Positions 9,380 through 18,451 of a stretch of DNA of 64,000 nucleotides are shown piece by piece. The DNA comes from Planctomycetota bacterium (GTDB lineage: Bacteria; Planctomycetota; UBA8742; UBA2392). The stretch lies in NCBI GenBank assembly GCA_025993795.1, contig JAMQHL010000012.1, positions 115,382 through 179,381 of the forward strand, given 5' to 3'. The translations under genes and the position numbers were made by a program. The notes beneath the pieces are model-generated. The model was not told the origin of the DNA. It made no database searches and saw nothing but the letters and a program-made list of their open reading frames with translations. How positions within the stretch are numbered: the stretch's first letter is position 1; every line of letters starts with the position of its first letter.

Positions 9380-11146
9380 ATGACTGACAAGACCATTGAC
9401 CCTCTGAAGCAACGCCTGCGCCGCCTGTTCGACGTCGCAATCGGAGGCGCACTGGCATTTGCCGCGATTGTCGGCGTGTCGGTGGCATCGCCCGAAGGCG
9501 TGGGCTACGTGGTGTGGCTTACCGTGCTGGGCTTTGTAATGCTGGTCGTGGGGCTGACTTGGCTGATCTCGGCGCGACTGACCCGTGTTGAGAAAGAAGT
9601 CAAGCGCGTCGGTACCACCGGGGCCATCCTGCGCGGCGAAATCGCCCGCCGCGAGAAGGCGGAAGCGGCGCTGCTGGCCGAAGAGCTCTTTCCCTTCTTT
9701 AATCCGGGCCCCACACTGCGCTTCAACCGGCAGGGGTGTATCGAGAAGCACAACCCTGCCGCCAGTGAACTGATCGGCCGCGAACGGCTTGTCGTCGCCA
9801 CCATCTTTGAGCTGGTGCCGGGCATGACGCAAGCCGACGTTGACCAGTGCATAGACCACGGCGTCGCCGAGTCGCGTGAAGTGCAGTGGGGAGACCGCTG
9901 GTACCTGTGCCACTTCCGCGGCGTGCCGGACCTTGGCGTGGGCATGCTGTTCGCTACCGACGTCACACCGATGATGGAGGCCGCTGACGAAGTTCAAGCT
10001 GCCGAGTTGCGGGCCCGTGCAATCCTTGACGGCGCGGTAGATGCCATCATCATCGTTATGGTCGGCGGCATCATTCAGGCCGCGAACCCGGCAACCCAGC
10101 GGCTGTTCGGTTGGGGCAGCGACGAGCTCGTCGGGCGACACCTTGACCTGCTGCTGCCGGAGCTTTTTGTGGGGCAAAGCGGCGACCACCTGGGCATTCT
10201 CGTTGAGTACTCGCACCGACGCCGCAGCGGGCCGGCGGAGCGCGTGTACCGAGCGCGCAAACGAAATGGCGAGACCTTTCCGGCATCCGTGACCGTCAGC
10301 GCCTACCAGATTGAAGGCAACATCCGATGCAGTTGCATTGTGCGCGACATGTCGGAACGCGTTGCCGCAGACGAGGTGCAGCACGCTCAAGCCGAGAAGC
10401 TGCGCGAGCAGTACGTCCAGTTGAAGCAGCTCGTGACGGAACTGGATGAGTTCAATTACGTTGCCAGCCACGATCTGCAAGAGCCGCTGCGCACCATGAG
10501 CACCTATTGCGGGCTGCTGCAACGGGACATGGGTGCGAATCCGCCCAAACGGGCGCTGGAGGACATGCAGGCGATTCTGGATGCAAGCCTGCGAATGCAG
10601 CGCCTGATTACGGACCTGCTTGAATACTCGCGGTTAGGCCACCGCGAGTTGAAACAGGAACTGGTAGACCTGACAGCAGTCATGGAACAGGTGAAAGGGG
10701 ACTTGAGGGCACGGCTCGACGAGACCGGGGGCCAGGTGTTGTGGACCGGGCTGCCAAGAGTCCGGGGAGACGCGATGCAGATCGGCCGGGTAATGCAGAA
10801 TCTGGTTGCGAACGGGCTCAAGTTCAACCGTCCGGGCGTGCCGCCCGAGGTTCATGTCACGTCGGAACAAACTGATGGCATTGTGCATATTACAGTTCAG
10901 GACAATGGGATCGGCATTGACGAGCAGTACTTTGGCCAGATCTTCAAGCCCTTTAAGCGCTTGCACGGCGTGGGCAAGTACGAAGGCTCTAGCATCGGGC
11001 TGTCGGTTTGCCGTAAGATTGTAGAGAGGCACGGCGGCACTATTGACGTTCAGTCGGCAAAGGGCAGCGGCAGTCGATTTACGGTGACATTACCCGCGGA
11101 CGATGCACCACAAGGAAATCCGGATGGGCGCAATGAGCCTGCCTGA
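9380..11146 (+). CDS. Membrane-anchored PAS-domain sensor histidine kinase
   Basis: There are two N-terminal TM helices and PAS-like segments. The HisKA H-box is FNYVASHDLQEPLRTM. The HATPase motifs are NLVANGLKF, DNGIGID and GSSIGLSVCRKIVERHGG. Confidence 0.85.
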   Translation: MTDKTIDPLKQRLRRLFDVAIGGALAFAAIVGVSVASPEGVGYVVWLTVLGFVMLVVGLTWLISARLTRVEKEVKRVGTTGAILRGEIARREKAEAALLAEELFPFFNPGPTLRFNRQGCIEKHNPAASELIGRERLVVATIFELVPGMTQADVDQCIDHGVAESREVQWGDRWYLCHFRGVPDLGVGMLFATDVTPMMEAADEVQAAELRARAILDGAVDAIIIVMVGGIIQAANPATQRLFGWGSDELVGRHLDLLLPELFVGQSGDHLGILVEYSHRRRSGPAERVYRARKRNGETFPASVTVSAYQIEGNIRCSCIVRDMSERVAADEVQHAQAEKLREQYVQLKQLVTELDEFNYVASHDLQEPLRTMSTYCGLLQRDMGANPPKRALEDMQAILDASLRMQRLITDLLEYSRLGHRELKQELVDLTAVMEQVKGDLRARLDETGGQVLWTGLPRVRGDAMQIGRVMQNLVANGLKFNRPGVPPEVHVTSEQTDGIVHITVQDNGIGIDEQYFGQIFKPFKRLHGVGKYEGSSIGLSVCRKIVERHGGTIDVQSAKGSGSRFTVTLPADDAPQGNPDGRNEPA

Positions 11147-11576
11147 AACCAGACCGTTCACCATTCTGCTGGTGGAGGACAGCCCTGTGCAGCAGGCGCT
11201 GACGCGGCGTGCCATTGAAGACTCCACGCTTGAGGCCCACCTGCATGTCGTCGATGACGGCGAAGCGGCAATGCGCTACCTGCGCGGCGAGGGCGAGTAC
11301 GCGGGCTCGCCGCGGCCTGACATCATTCTGCTTGACCTGAACATGCCCCGGATGGATGGCCACTCAGTGCTTGAGGCGTTGCGTGCCGAACCGAAGCTGG
11401 CGGCGATTCCGGTGACCGTGCTGACGACCAGCACCGCCGACTCTGACGTATCCGCCAGCTACGCCCGGGGCGCCAACGCTTTCGTCACCAAGCCCGCCGA
11501 ATACGAGAAGTTCGTCGAGCTGTTCAGCGCACTGGGGCAGTTCTGGGCTCACTTCGTGCGCACGCCCAGACCGTAG
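11124..11576 (+). CDS. Single-domain response regulator (CheY-like receiver)
   Basis: Receiver motifs ILLVEDSP and ILLDLNMPRMDG (phospho-acceptor Asp) are present, along with TTS..D and an AFVTKP-type lysine. AAGGAA lies 6 nt upstream of ATG 11124. The gene overlaps the end of the kinase gene. Confidence 0.85.
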   Translation: MGAMSLPETRPFTILLVEDSPVQQALTRRAIEDSTLEAHLHVVDDGEAAMRYLRGEGEYAGSPRPDIILLDLNMPRMDGHSVLEALRAEPKLAAIPVTVLTTSTADSDVSASYARGANAFVTKPAEYEKFVELFSALGQFWAHFVRTPRP

Positions 11577-11580
11577 CGCA

Positions 11581-12171
11581 TCAGCCCAGCATGGCGGTAA
11601 ACAGCACGCGCTGGACCCGGCCTTCGGTAAATTCCATCACGCCAATCTCAACGATCTCGCCACTGATCGGAAACGTCAGTTCCAGAATTGAGTCAACCAC
11701 GCGCGGCAGCGCAGACTTCGGAAGCCGGTTCACCAGCGTACAGTGCGGCACCCAGCGCGCGGGCGTGTAGAGCACCCACGGCGTGGTCGAGAACTTATGC
11801 ACTTGCGCGTGAAGCCGGCGGTGCATTTCAAGCAACTCTTCGTTCACGATCGGCGCCAGGAACACCACGTTCTGCTCTCCCGGAAACACTCCCACCGAGG
11901 CAAGCCCGATCGGGATTGCGGGGGTCTCTTCCGCGAGGCGCCGCACGCAGGCTTCTAGTTCGCCTTCGTCGGCTTGCTCGCAAATACACAGCGTGATGTG
12001 CGGGCGCGCCTTTACATCATCGACGAGGACTGTACCGCTGCGGTCTCCTTCGCGCAGGCTGGAAGCAATTTTGCGAACGCGGGCTTCCAGCGTGGGGTTG
12101 AACAGCAGCTCAATTGAGAATCCCAATGCCGCCTCGCCAGTTTGGTGCCGATCGGCGGAGTATAAGAACAC
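11581..12171 (-). CDS. 2H phosphoesterase superfamily protein (LigT / 2'-5' RNA ligase-like)
   Basis: Two HxT motifs (RPHITLCI and VPHCTLVN) are spaced as in 2H phosphoesterases. The track start is a GTG, so the true start is uncertain. Confidence 0.6.
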   Translation of the reverse strand: MFLYSADRHQTGEAALGFSIELLFNPTLEARVRKIASSLREGDRSGTVLVDDVKARPHITLCICEQADEGELEACVRRLAEETPAIPIGLASVGVFPGEQNVVFLAPIVNEELLEMHRRLHAQVHKFSTTPWVLYTPARWVPHCTLVNRLPKSALPRVVDSILELTFPISGEIVEIGVMEFTEGRVQRVLFTAMLG

Positions 12172-12218
12172 CGGGGCCCCGTTCTACGGGACCCCGCGCA
12201 ATGCCTGTACTGGTCAAA

Positions 12219-12935
12219 TCAGATGCCGACAGAAATCTCGAGCGGCTGGCGCAGATAGTAGGCGATGTGCGACACGGGCACACCTGAGAGCACCTGGCTG
12301 CGGGTAAAGGCCACAGCCTGTTCGCGTGTGGAGAACTCGTTGGTGTCGACTGCATTGTTGACATGCATCACCACGACGTGCTTGGGCATTCCGCCCAGAA
12401 CATGCTGGATCTTGGCTGCCACGTGGTCTGCGGCGCGGCGACCGATGCGACGGTCGATCTTCGGGCGTGGCTTGGCCCGGCGGCCGGGCTTGCCGACCTT
12501 GCCGCCAGCGGCCTGGAAAGCCTGCTTCAGACGGTCAAAGGCGAGCTGGCTTCCAAACCTCACGCGCACGCGCTTGCCGCATTCGTTCATGCTCATATCC
12601 GGGGTGCTGCGCAGCAATTCGGCGACGAAGTCCTGCTTGGCGCGGGTAGCTTCAGGGCTGCGCTTGCCATATTTGCGCGGGCCGCGCTTGCCCTTGCTGC
12701 CCTTGGGGCGACCGGGGCCGCGCTTGCTGCCCTTGCCGGGTCCGCGACGCGTGTCAATCTTGCCACCGGCGGCGACGTAGGCCTCGCGCTGCTTGTCGTA
12801 CGCGAGCTGGGTGCCGAACTCTTTCTTTACCAGTTTGCCAGCTTCATTCAGCGTAGTGCCGGGCTTGTCTTTCAAGAGCTTGGCAATGAATGCCTGCTTC
12901 TTCAGAGTATTCTCAGGTGAACGTTTTCCAGCCAC
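12219..12935 (-). CDS. Highly basic protein with two tandem ~55-aa repeats, each followed by an AT-hook-like GRP/KR-rich linker
   Basis: Repeat 1 is KRSPENTLKKQAFIAKLLKDKPGTTLNEAGKLVKKEFGTQLAYDKQREAYVAAGGK. Repeat 2 is KRSPEATRAKQDFVAELLRSTPDMSMNECGKRVRVRFGSQLAFDRLKQAFQAAGGK. The linker contains KRGPGRPKGSKGKRGPRK. AAGGAG lies 6 nt upstream of GTG 12935, so that start was chosen. Confidence 0.6.
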   Translation of the reverse strand: MAGKRSPENTLKKQAFIAKLLKDKPGTTLNEAGKLVKKEFGTQLAYDKQREAYVAAGGKIDTRRGPGKGSKRGPGRPKGSKGKRGPRKYGKRSPEATRAKQDFVAELLRSTPDMSMNECGKRVRVRFGSQLAFDRLKQAFQAAGGKVGKPGRRAKPRPKIDRRIGRRAADHVAAKIQHVLGGMPKHVVVMHVNNAVDTNEFSTREQAVAFTRSQVLSGVPVSHIAYYLRQPLEISVGI

Positions 12936-13012
12936 GATATCTCCTTGGTGTAAGATGGTCCTGGTGCGCAGATGTATCATTCAAGCAAACAATTCCAAGT
13001 TGAAATCCGTAA

Positions 13013-15523
13013 CTATTTGTCGTCGCGCCACACGATTTCACCGCCGGCTACCTGCCAATCCTCACCCATAAATCCTGCGGCACGCACACCGCCTGTACCC
13101 AGTTCAAGTAATTCCGGCCCGTACAGGATCACGTCCGGGAACGCGGCACCCGAGACAAAGTACGCCAGGCGGTCCGTGAGCCTCATGCCTGCGAGGCCCG
13201 TACCGCCGATGACGCAGACGCTTGCCGTGTCGCTGTCGGCGCGCGGGTAGCAGAACAGCAGGGCGACGTCAGTTGCCGTCTCTTCACGTTCTCCGATCAC
13301 CGCCTTTCCCCGTAGGAGTTTCAGCGGCGAGTGGGCCAGCATCGAAAACCCTGTGTTGATTGCTGCGTTCCCATACAGAATCACATCGCAATCGCGGTAA
13401 TCACTGGCCTTGAAACCAGTGTCTGCCAGCGTCGTGAACGCGCCGTTTGCACGGACCATCCATTGCTCAGAATCAAGACGAGCCTTGTTGAACATCCAGG
13501 CATTCTCTTCCGCGCTGCCGCCCGTGCCGTAGACCAGCACAACGTTTCGCGTCATCGCGTTCTTCAGCAGACCATACCGATGCGGACCCTTGAGTTTCGG
13601 CGACGGTTTCTCTGTCGCCTGCCACGTCTGCCCAGCGCGCTGCAGCCACAACACGCCCTCCTTTGGCCAGGGCAGGGCCAGTTCAGTGTCGCCATCCAGT
13701 TTCAGCAACACCTCATCCGTTGCCTGCAGAATGCTGGCGACGTCAAGGCGCAGACGCGAAACGTTGAGCGTCGTGCCGGAAATACGCCCACGGTTGGGTT
13801 CTGCGGATAACTGAATGCGGCTTGGCTCAAGCTGCACCTGCTGCATGTGGATGCTTGCCCAGAAGCACGAATCAGAATTCTCAGGGCAAACGGTCGTGAA
13901 GTCGATGTTCATGATCTCGCCGGGCACGGCAAGCCGACGCTTCGCGAACAGGTCCCACATCGGCGCCCAGTCAAGGCAGTCGGCGCCCGCATCGTGGCCG
14001 CGGTCCCACCAGTGGCCCACGCCGGGCTCTTCGTGGTAGTGCAGGTCGCTGTGAAACTCTTTCAGTGCGTCGCGCATCGCGCGCGCTTCACTGACCGGCA
14101 CGTTGTCGTCGGCATCGCCATGAAGAATATATACACCCTGCGACTTGTAATTGTACTTCATCAGGAGCGTACGGCTGGGGTTTGCACTGCGAGATAGTAT
14201 CGGCGACAGCTTGAATTGCTCGGGGTGGCCTCCGCCGCCGCCGTAAGTCCAGAAGCTCTGCCAACCGGCACTGGGGCCGATGGCCGCGAACTTGTCCGGA
14301 AAGTGCGCTCCTACGGTCCATGTGCCATGGCCGCCCATCGAATGGCCGGTAAGCCATATCCGGCACGGGTCATGATCGAGAGAGGCCTGCGCGTGCGCGA
14401 GCACCTCCAGCGCGTCAAGCCGCCCCCAGTCCTCCCAGTCAAATCCATAGGGTCGCCGGTTGGTCGGGCAAACGATGTGGCACCAGCTCTTGGGACTGTA
14501 CGCAGCCGCCTGTCCTGAAGCTTCAACGGACGCGCCATGCAACGACAGGGCAATTCCCGGCTTCTCGGTCTGGCCCGCAAGTGGCTTCGCCGGCAGCAAA
14601 CCGTAGTACTGCACGCTGCCGTCGATGCCGCTGATGAACGTGACCTTGCGCGCTGCGCCCGGCGCCCTGACCGGTACCGTGCAAACTGCGTGCGCGCCTT
14701 CTTCCAGCGGGTCACCCTTGCATACCGCAACTCGAGCCAACATCTCGCCCGTGAGCGTTCCCGGGCCCGGTAATGCAAAGCTGACTCGTTGCACGCAAAG
14801 AGATGGAATCGTGCTGCCCCGTGCGTTCAGCCACGACGTTCCCCCCGCCGTGATGCGCAGTCGAACTTCCTGCGGCCGGACCGTCGCGTTGATGATGTCT
14901 ACCGAGGCCGCAAATCGAGGAGGCCAAACCGTGTCACCCTCAACAAGATCAGGCAACGTCCAGTCTGTGCCCACATACAGCCCCGAACCGCTGGGTTTCG
15001 GCGGCTCCAGCTCTGCCCGTATTCGCCCGCGCCCCATCAGGAACAGCAGCTGATTCTCTCCCTCGAAAAGGAGCACCGGCAACGTAACGTATCCATAGTT
15101 GTAAGGGTCGCCGCCTCGCAACTCACCGTTTACATACACTGCCGAGTGACCGCGGGCTTTCAGCAGCCAGACCCCGCCGACGTCTGCCGACACGGTCCAC
15201 CAAGCGTACCCTCCAGCCAGATCTGCGCCGGCGAGCCAGCCGTCTTCTGTGGAGCTGGCCGCGCGCCAAGCCGCGTTTGTGCCGTCTTGGCGCTTCAGCT
15301 TGTCACCGGACCTGGGTGGTTTGAATCCGTCACGCAACAGTGTGGCTTCCAGCGCATCCACGCGTACCGGGCTGCGGCCACCGCCGCCGACTGCAGGCAA
15401 AACCAAGCAGTCGGACAGCCAGATTGACGATGGCGGCTTCGCGGCCTCTTGCGCAACCCGGGAAGGGGAAGGGTTCAGGCAAAGCAGCACGGCAAACGCC
15501 GCCGCAAACACAAACACGCGCAT
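13013..15523 (-). CDS. Secreted multidomain alpha/beta-hydrolase (prolyl oligopeptidase/esterase-type serine hydrolase)
   Basis: The signal peptide is MRVFVFAAAFAVLLCL. The nucleophile elbow is GHSMGGHG, followed by ILHGDADDNVP and HYHEEPGVGHWW. The start was moved to 15523 so the CDS does not run into the tRNA. Confidence 0.75.
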   Translation of the reverse strand: MRVFVFAAAFAVLLCLNPSPSRVAQEAAKPPSSIWLSDCLVLPAVGGGGRSPVRVDALEATLLRDGFKPPRSGDKLKRQDGTNAAWRAASSTEDGWLAGADLAGGYAWWTVSADVGGVWLLKARGHSAVYVNGELRGGDPYNYGYVTLPVLLFEGENQLLFLMGRGRIRAELEPPKPSGSGLYVGTDWTLPDLVEGDTVWPPRFAASVDIINATVRPQEVRLRITAGGTSWLNARGSTIPSLCVQRVSFALPGPGTLTGEMLARVAVCKGDPLEEGAHAVCTVPVRAPGAARKVTFISGIDGSVQYYGLLPAKPLAGQTEKPGIALSLHGASVEASGQAAAYSPKSWCHIVCPTNRRPYGFDWEDWGRLDALEVLAHAQASLDHDPCRIWLTGHSMGGHGTWTVGAHFPDKFAAIGPSAGWQSFWTYGGGGGHPEQFKLSPILSRSANPSRTLLMKYNYKSQGVYILHGDADDNVPVSEARAMRDALKEFHSDLHYHEEPGVGHWWDRGHDAGADCLDWAPMWDLFAKRRLAVPGEIMNIDFTTVCPENSDSCFWASIHMQQVQLEPSRIQLSAEPNRGRISGTTLNVSRLRLDVASILQATDEVLLKLDGDTELALPWPKEGVLWLQRAGQTWQATEKPSPKLKGPHRYGLLKNAMTRNVVLVYGTGGSAEENAWMFNKARLDSEQWMVRANGAFTTLADTGFKASDYRDCDVILYGNAAINTGFSMLAHSPLKLLRGKAVIGEREETATDVALLFCYPRADSDTASVCVIGGTGLAGMRLTDRLAYFVSGAAFPDVILYGPELLELGTGGVRAAGFMGEDWQVAGGEIVWRDDK

Positions 15524-15628
15524 CGCATCTCCAGGGCCCGAGCCCGCCAAGATAGCGCAGCGGCCCAAGGCCGCAACCCGCCCTTGTTGCAACCCGCAAG
15601 CGTTGGCAAAGTCCGGGCGCAAATCAAA

Positions 15629-15704
<76 letters not shown>

Positions 15705-15775
15705 GCTTTCACCCAGCTTATAGAGCCACTTTCAAGGCGATTCAAGCAAATCAGCAACGCCCGAAAAACTCGCCT

Positions 15776-15799
15776 GTACACGATTCAGTACACGATTCA
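15776..15799. repeat. Perfect tandem duplication of the 12-mer GTACACGATTCA
   Basis: GTACACGATTCAGTACACGATTCA sits 72 nt downstream of the tRNA. A third CGATTCAA half-site lies at about 15739. Confidence 0.8.
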
Positions 15800-15944
15800 A
15801 CTCGAGGGGGCTACGCTTGGGCGCACTTTCCACAAAAGACGCAACCGGTTCGGCTTGTCGCGACATTCACTAGCATGGGCTGGCTTCGACTGATTGTGTC
15901 GCAGCCGGAGCTACAGTTGCCAAACACGATCCCGGGGGTGGGCA

Positions 15945-17972
15945 ATGCGAATCGCGCGGGTACACATCCAGAACTTCCGCTCCATCCTCGACCAGGTAAT
16001 TGAACTCGACCGGTTGACCGTGGTCGTCGGTCCCAATGGCGCGGGCAAGTCGGCTGTGCTCCGTGCGCTCGATGCGTTCTACGATCCCCGATTCAACGCG
16101 AGCGTGGACGACTTCTACAACCGGAAGACCGACGCACCCATCCGCATTGCCGTGAGGTACTCTGACTTGTCTGACGACGAGCGCACAGAGTACGGGCGGC
16201 ACGCTCACGATGACGGCACGCTTACCGTTACCCGCGTCCTGACCACGAACTCCAACAAGTATCACGGAGCGAGCAAGCAGTTTCCCGGTTTTCGAACTAT
16301 CCGCGCAACTGAAGGCAAGCGAGACAAGTTGAACGCGTACAAGGCGCAACAGGAACAAGACGGCTTTCAGACGCTTGCTACGTTACGAGCCGCCGATGGG
16401 ATTGAAGAGCAACTCCAAGCCTGGGAATCAGCCAATCCCGACAGATGCGAAGTGATGGAGGACGACGGTCAGTTCTTCGGTTTTCACAATGTCGGAAGCG
16501 GGAAGCTGGAAAAGTTTACACGCTTCCTGCTCGTTCCCGCCGTGCGCGAAGCCGACAGAGAAGCAATAGACTCCAAGGGTAGCGCCATTCACCAACTTAT
16601 TGAGTTGGTCGTTCGAAACTCGCTTGCTCAAAGCCCTGAATTGCAGAGTTTCCGTGAGGCGACGCAGCAAGAGTACGCTCGGCTTGTCAGCCCCGAAAAC
16701 GTCCCCCAGCTTCAAACTCTGGCCCGTGAACTATCGGATCAGCTTCATCACTTCGTTCCGACGGCGAACGTTCTGCTCGAATGGATGGCTGCTGATCAGC
16801 TTACACTCCCGTTGCCCAAAGCTGCCGTGCAGTTGGAAGAGGACGGCTTCAAGGCCCCCGTCAGTCGAGTCGGTCATGGACTGCAACGCGCGTTTATTCT
16901 CTCGTTGCTTCAGCGGCTTGCCGCAGGCGCAACTCTGCCTACGACGCAACAGGACACCGCACAGCAGACCCAGCCTGCCGATAGGCTGCCTAACCTAATC
17001 TTGGCCATCGAGGAGCCCGAACTGTACCAACACCCGAACCGACAGCGGCAGTTAGCCCGCGTCTTGCGCCAACTGTCCGAAGGGACGGTCGCCGGGGTTG
17101 CAGACCGTACACAAGTTCTTTACTGCACCCACTCTCCGCTGTTTGTCGAGCTTCCCGCATTCGACCGCGTCCGCCGCCTGTCGAAGACACCCCACCCGAA
17201 TTGGGACGCTGGCGACGAAGAGCGGAGCAAACTGCCGCGCGTCACCACTACAGCGGCGACTACGCTACAAGCAGTGGCAGACCTGCTTTCCAACGCGCAG
17301 GACCAGGGCGGCCAACCATTCACGGCGGTCAGCCTCAAGGCACGAATGACGGCGCTGATGACCCCATGGATGAATGAAGGCTTCTTTGCCGATTGCGTCG
17401 TGCTTGTCGAAGGGGAAGACGACCGAGCTGCGATAGTCGGAACAGCCAAGCACCTCCACCATGATCTTGAGTCTGCCGGAGTCGCCGTCATTCCCTGCGG
17501 AGGAAAGACCAACATTGACCGGCCGTTGGTGGCCTTCCGCGCTTTGGGCATTCCGGCCTACGTGGTCTTTGATGGTGACGCTGACTGCCCCACCAACGAG
17601 CGGGCAGACAGTAGCGAGCGCAACCGTTCCCTGCAGCGCCTTCTGGGTGTTGACCCTCCGGTCGACTTCCCCGCCGATGGCGTCTTCGATACTTACGCGG
17701 TCTATCAGGACACGCTTGAAAAAATCCTTCAATCGGAAGCGGGGCAGGAACTCTTCTTGCGCGTGCTTTCCGAATTCAAAACTGCAAATGGATTCAAGAA
17801 GCACAAGCAGGCGTTGAAGAACCCCGCCTTTGCCCAACAGCTTCTAACAGCGATGCCGCCCGATGCGGTCGCGAACGGAACCCTTAAGAAGATTGTTGAC
17901 CGCATCTGGGCGTTGGCGCAGAACAGGCACGCGCAACTTACCGTACCGCAGGGGGCAGCGAATGGCACGTGA
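15945..17972 (+). CDS. OLD-family ATP-dependent endonuclease (ABC-type ATPase plus Toprim)
   Basis: The N-terminus is MRIARVHIQNFRSI, with Walker A GPNGAGKS. There is a signature-like GHGLQRAF and Walker B LILAIEEPELYQHP. The C-terminal Toprim has VVLVEGEDDRAAI and VVFDGDAD. Confidence 0.85.
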   Translation: MRIARVHIQNFRSILDQVIELDRLTVVVGPNGAGKSAVLRALDAFYDPRFNASVDDFYNRKTDAPIRIAVRYSDLSDDERTEYGRHAHDDGTLTVTRVLTTNSNKYHGASKQFPGFRTIRATEGKRDKLNAYKAQQEQDGFQTLATLRAADGIEEQLQAWESANPDRCEVMEDDGQFFGFHNVGSGKLEKFTRFLLVPAVREADREAIDSKGSAIHQLIELVVRNSLAQSPELQSFREATQQEYARLVSPENVPQLQTLARELSDQLHHFVPTANVLLEWMAADQLTLPLPKAAVQLEEDGFKAPVSRVGHGLQRAFILSLLQRLAAGATLPTTQQDTAQQTQPADRLPNLILAIEEPELYQHPNRQRQLARVLRQLSEGTVAGVADRTQVLYCTHSPLFVELPAFDRVRRLSKTPHPNWDAGDEERSKLPRVTTTAATTLQAVADLLSNAQDQGGQPFTAVSLKARMTALMTPWMNEGFFADCVVLVEGEDDRAAIVGTAKHLHHDLESAGVAVIPCGGKTNIDRPLVAFRALGIPAYVVFDGDADCPTNERADSSERNRSLQRLLGVDPPVDFPADGVFDTYAVYQDTLEKILQSEAGQELFLRVLSEFKTANGFKKHKQALKNPAFAQQLLTAMPPDAVANGTLKKIVDRIWALAQNRHAQLTVPQGAANGT

Positions 17973-18414
17973 GCCGGTTTGGGGGCCTTCTAATCCGCAT
18001 CCGTTGTCGAAGATGAAGACGGAGCTGGTCTGGGAGGGCAAGTACGACGAGTACGGCAACCGCCGCGAGGTGGACGTTGCCGGGCTTGCTATGCCCATGC
18101 AGCGCGTCGAGAGCATCGACCAGCCGCGCAGCGAAGCCGCCGCCCAGGGCCAGCAGGGCTTGCTTGCCTTCGAGAAGAAGAACAAGCGCGCTAACGACTT
18201 CCGCAACATGTTGGTTTGGGGCGACAACAAGCTCGTTGCGGCCAGCTTGTTGAAGGACTTCAAGGGCAAGATCGACCTCATTTACATCGACCCACCCTTT
18301 GACGTGGGCGCGGACTTCACGATGGACGTAGCCATCGGCGACGGCAAAGAGACTTTGGAAAAGGACCAATCGACGCTTGAGATGATCGCCTATCGCGACA
18401 TGTGGGGCAAAGGA
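17962..18414 (+). pseudogene. N-terminal fragment (~150 aa) of a Type III-like (beta-class) DNA methyltransferase, truncated
   Basis: ELVWEGKYDE...NMLVWGDNKLVAASLL...GKIDLIYIDPPFDVGADF...AYRDMWGKG matches the Mod-type N-terminus through motif IV (DPPF). Similarity stops at WGKG. No frame downstream continues a methyltransferase. The ATG overlaps the OLD stop by 11 nt. Confidence 0.75.
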
Positions 18415-18451
18415 GAAGAAAAGGGGTCAGAAAAGGGGTCAGGCTCCTTTG
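18408..18451. repeat. 8-bp inverted repeat flanking a tandem 12-mer, located at the methyltransferase breakpoint
   Basis: The structure is CAAAGGAG-aa-(GAAAAGGGGTCA)x2-gg-CTCCTTTG. The coordinates were verified base by base. Confidence 0.85.

Noticed and set aside
15605-15620. GGCAAAGTCCGGGCGC resembles the RNase P RNA GGAAAGUCCGGGC motif.
   Set aside because: Only about 100 nt of non-coding DNA is available here, directly abutting a tRNA. None of the other conserved RNase P helices are present, so this is a chance match.
15945-17972. The OLD nuclease could be part of Gabija, a retron or PARIS.
   Set aside because: No UvrD-like helicase, reverse transcriptase/msr-msd or separate AriA-type ATPase gene lies next to it. 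ATPase and Toprim are fused, and the only coupled gene is the methyltransferase fragment.
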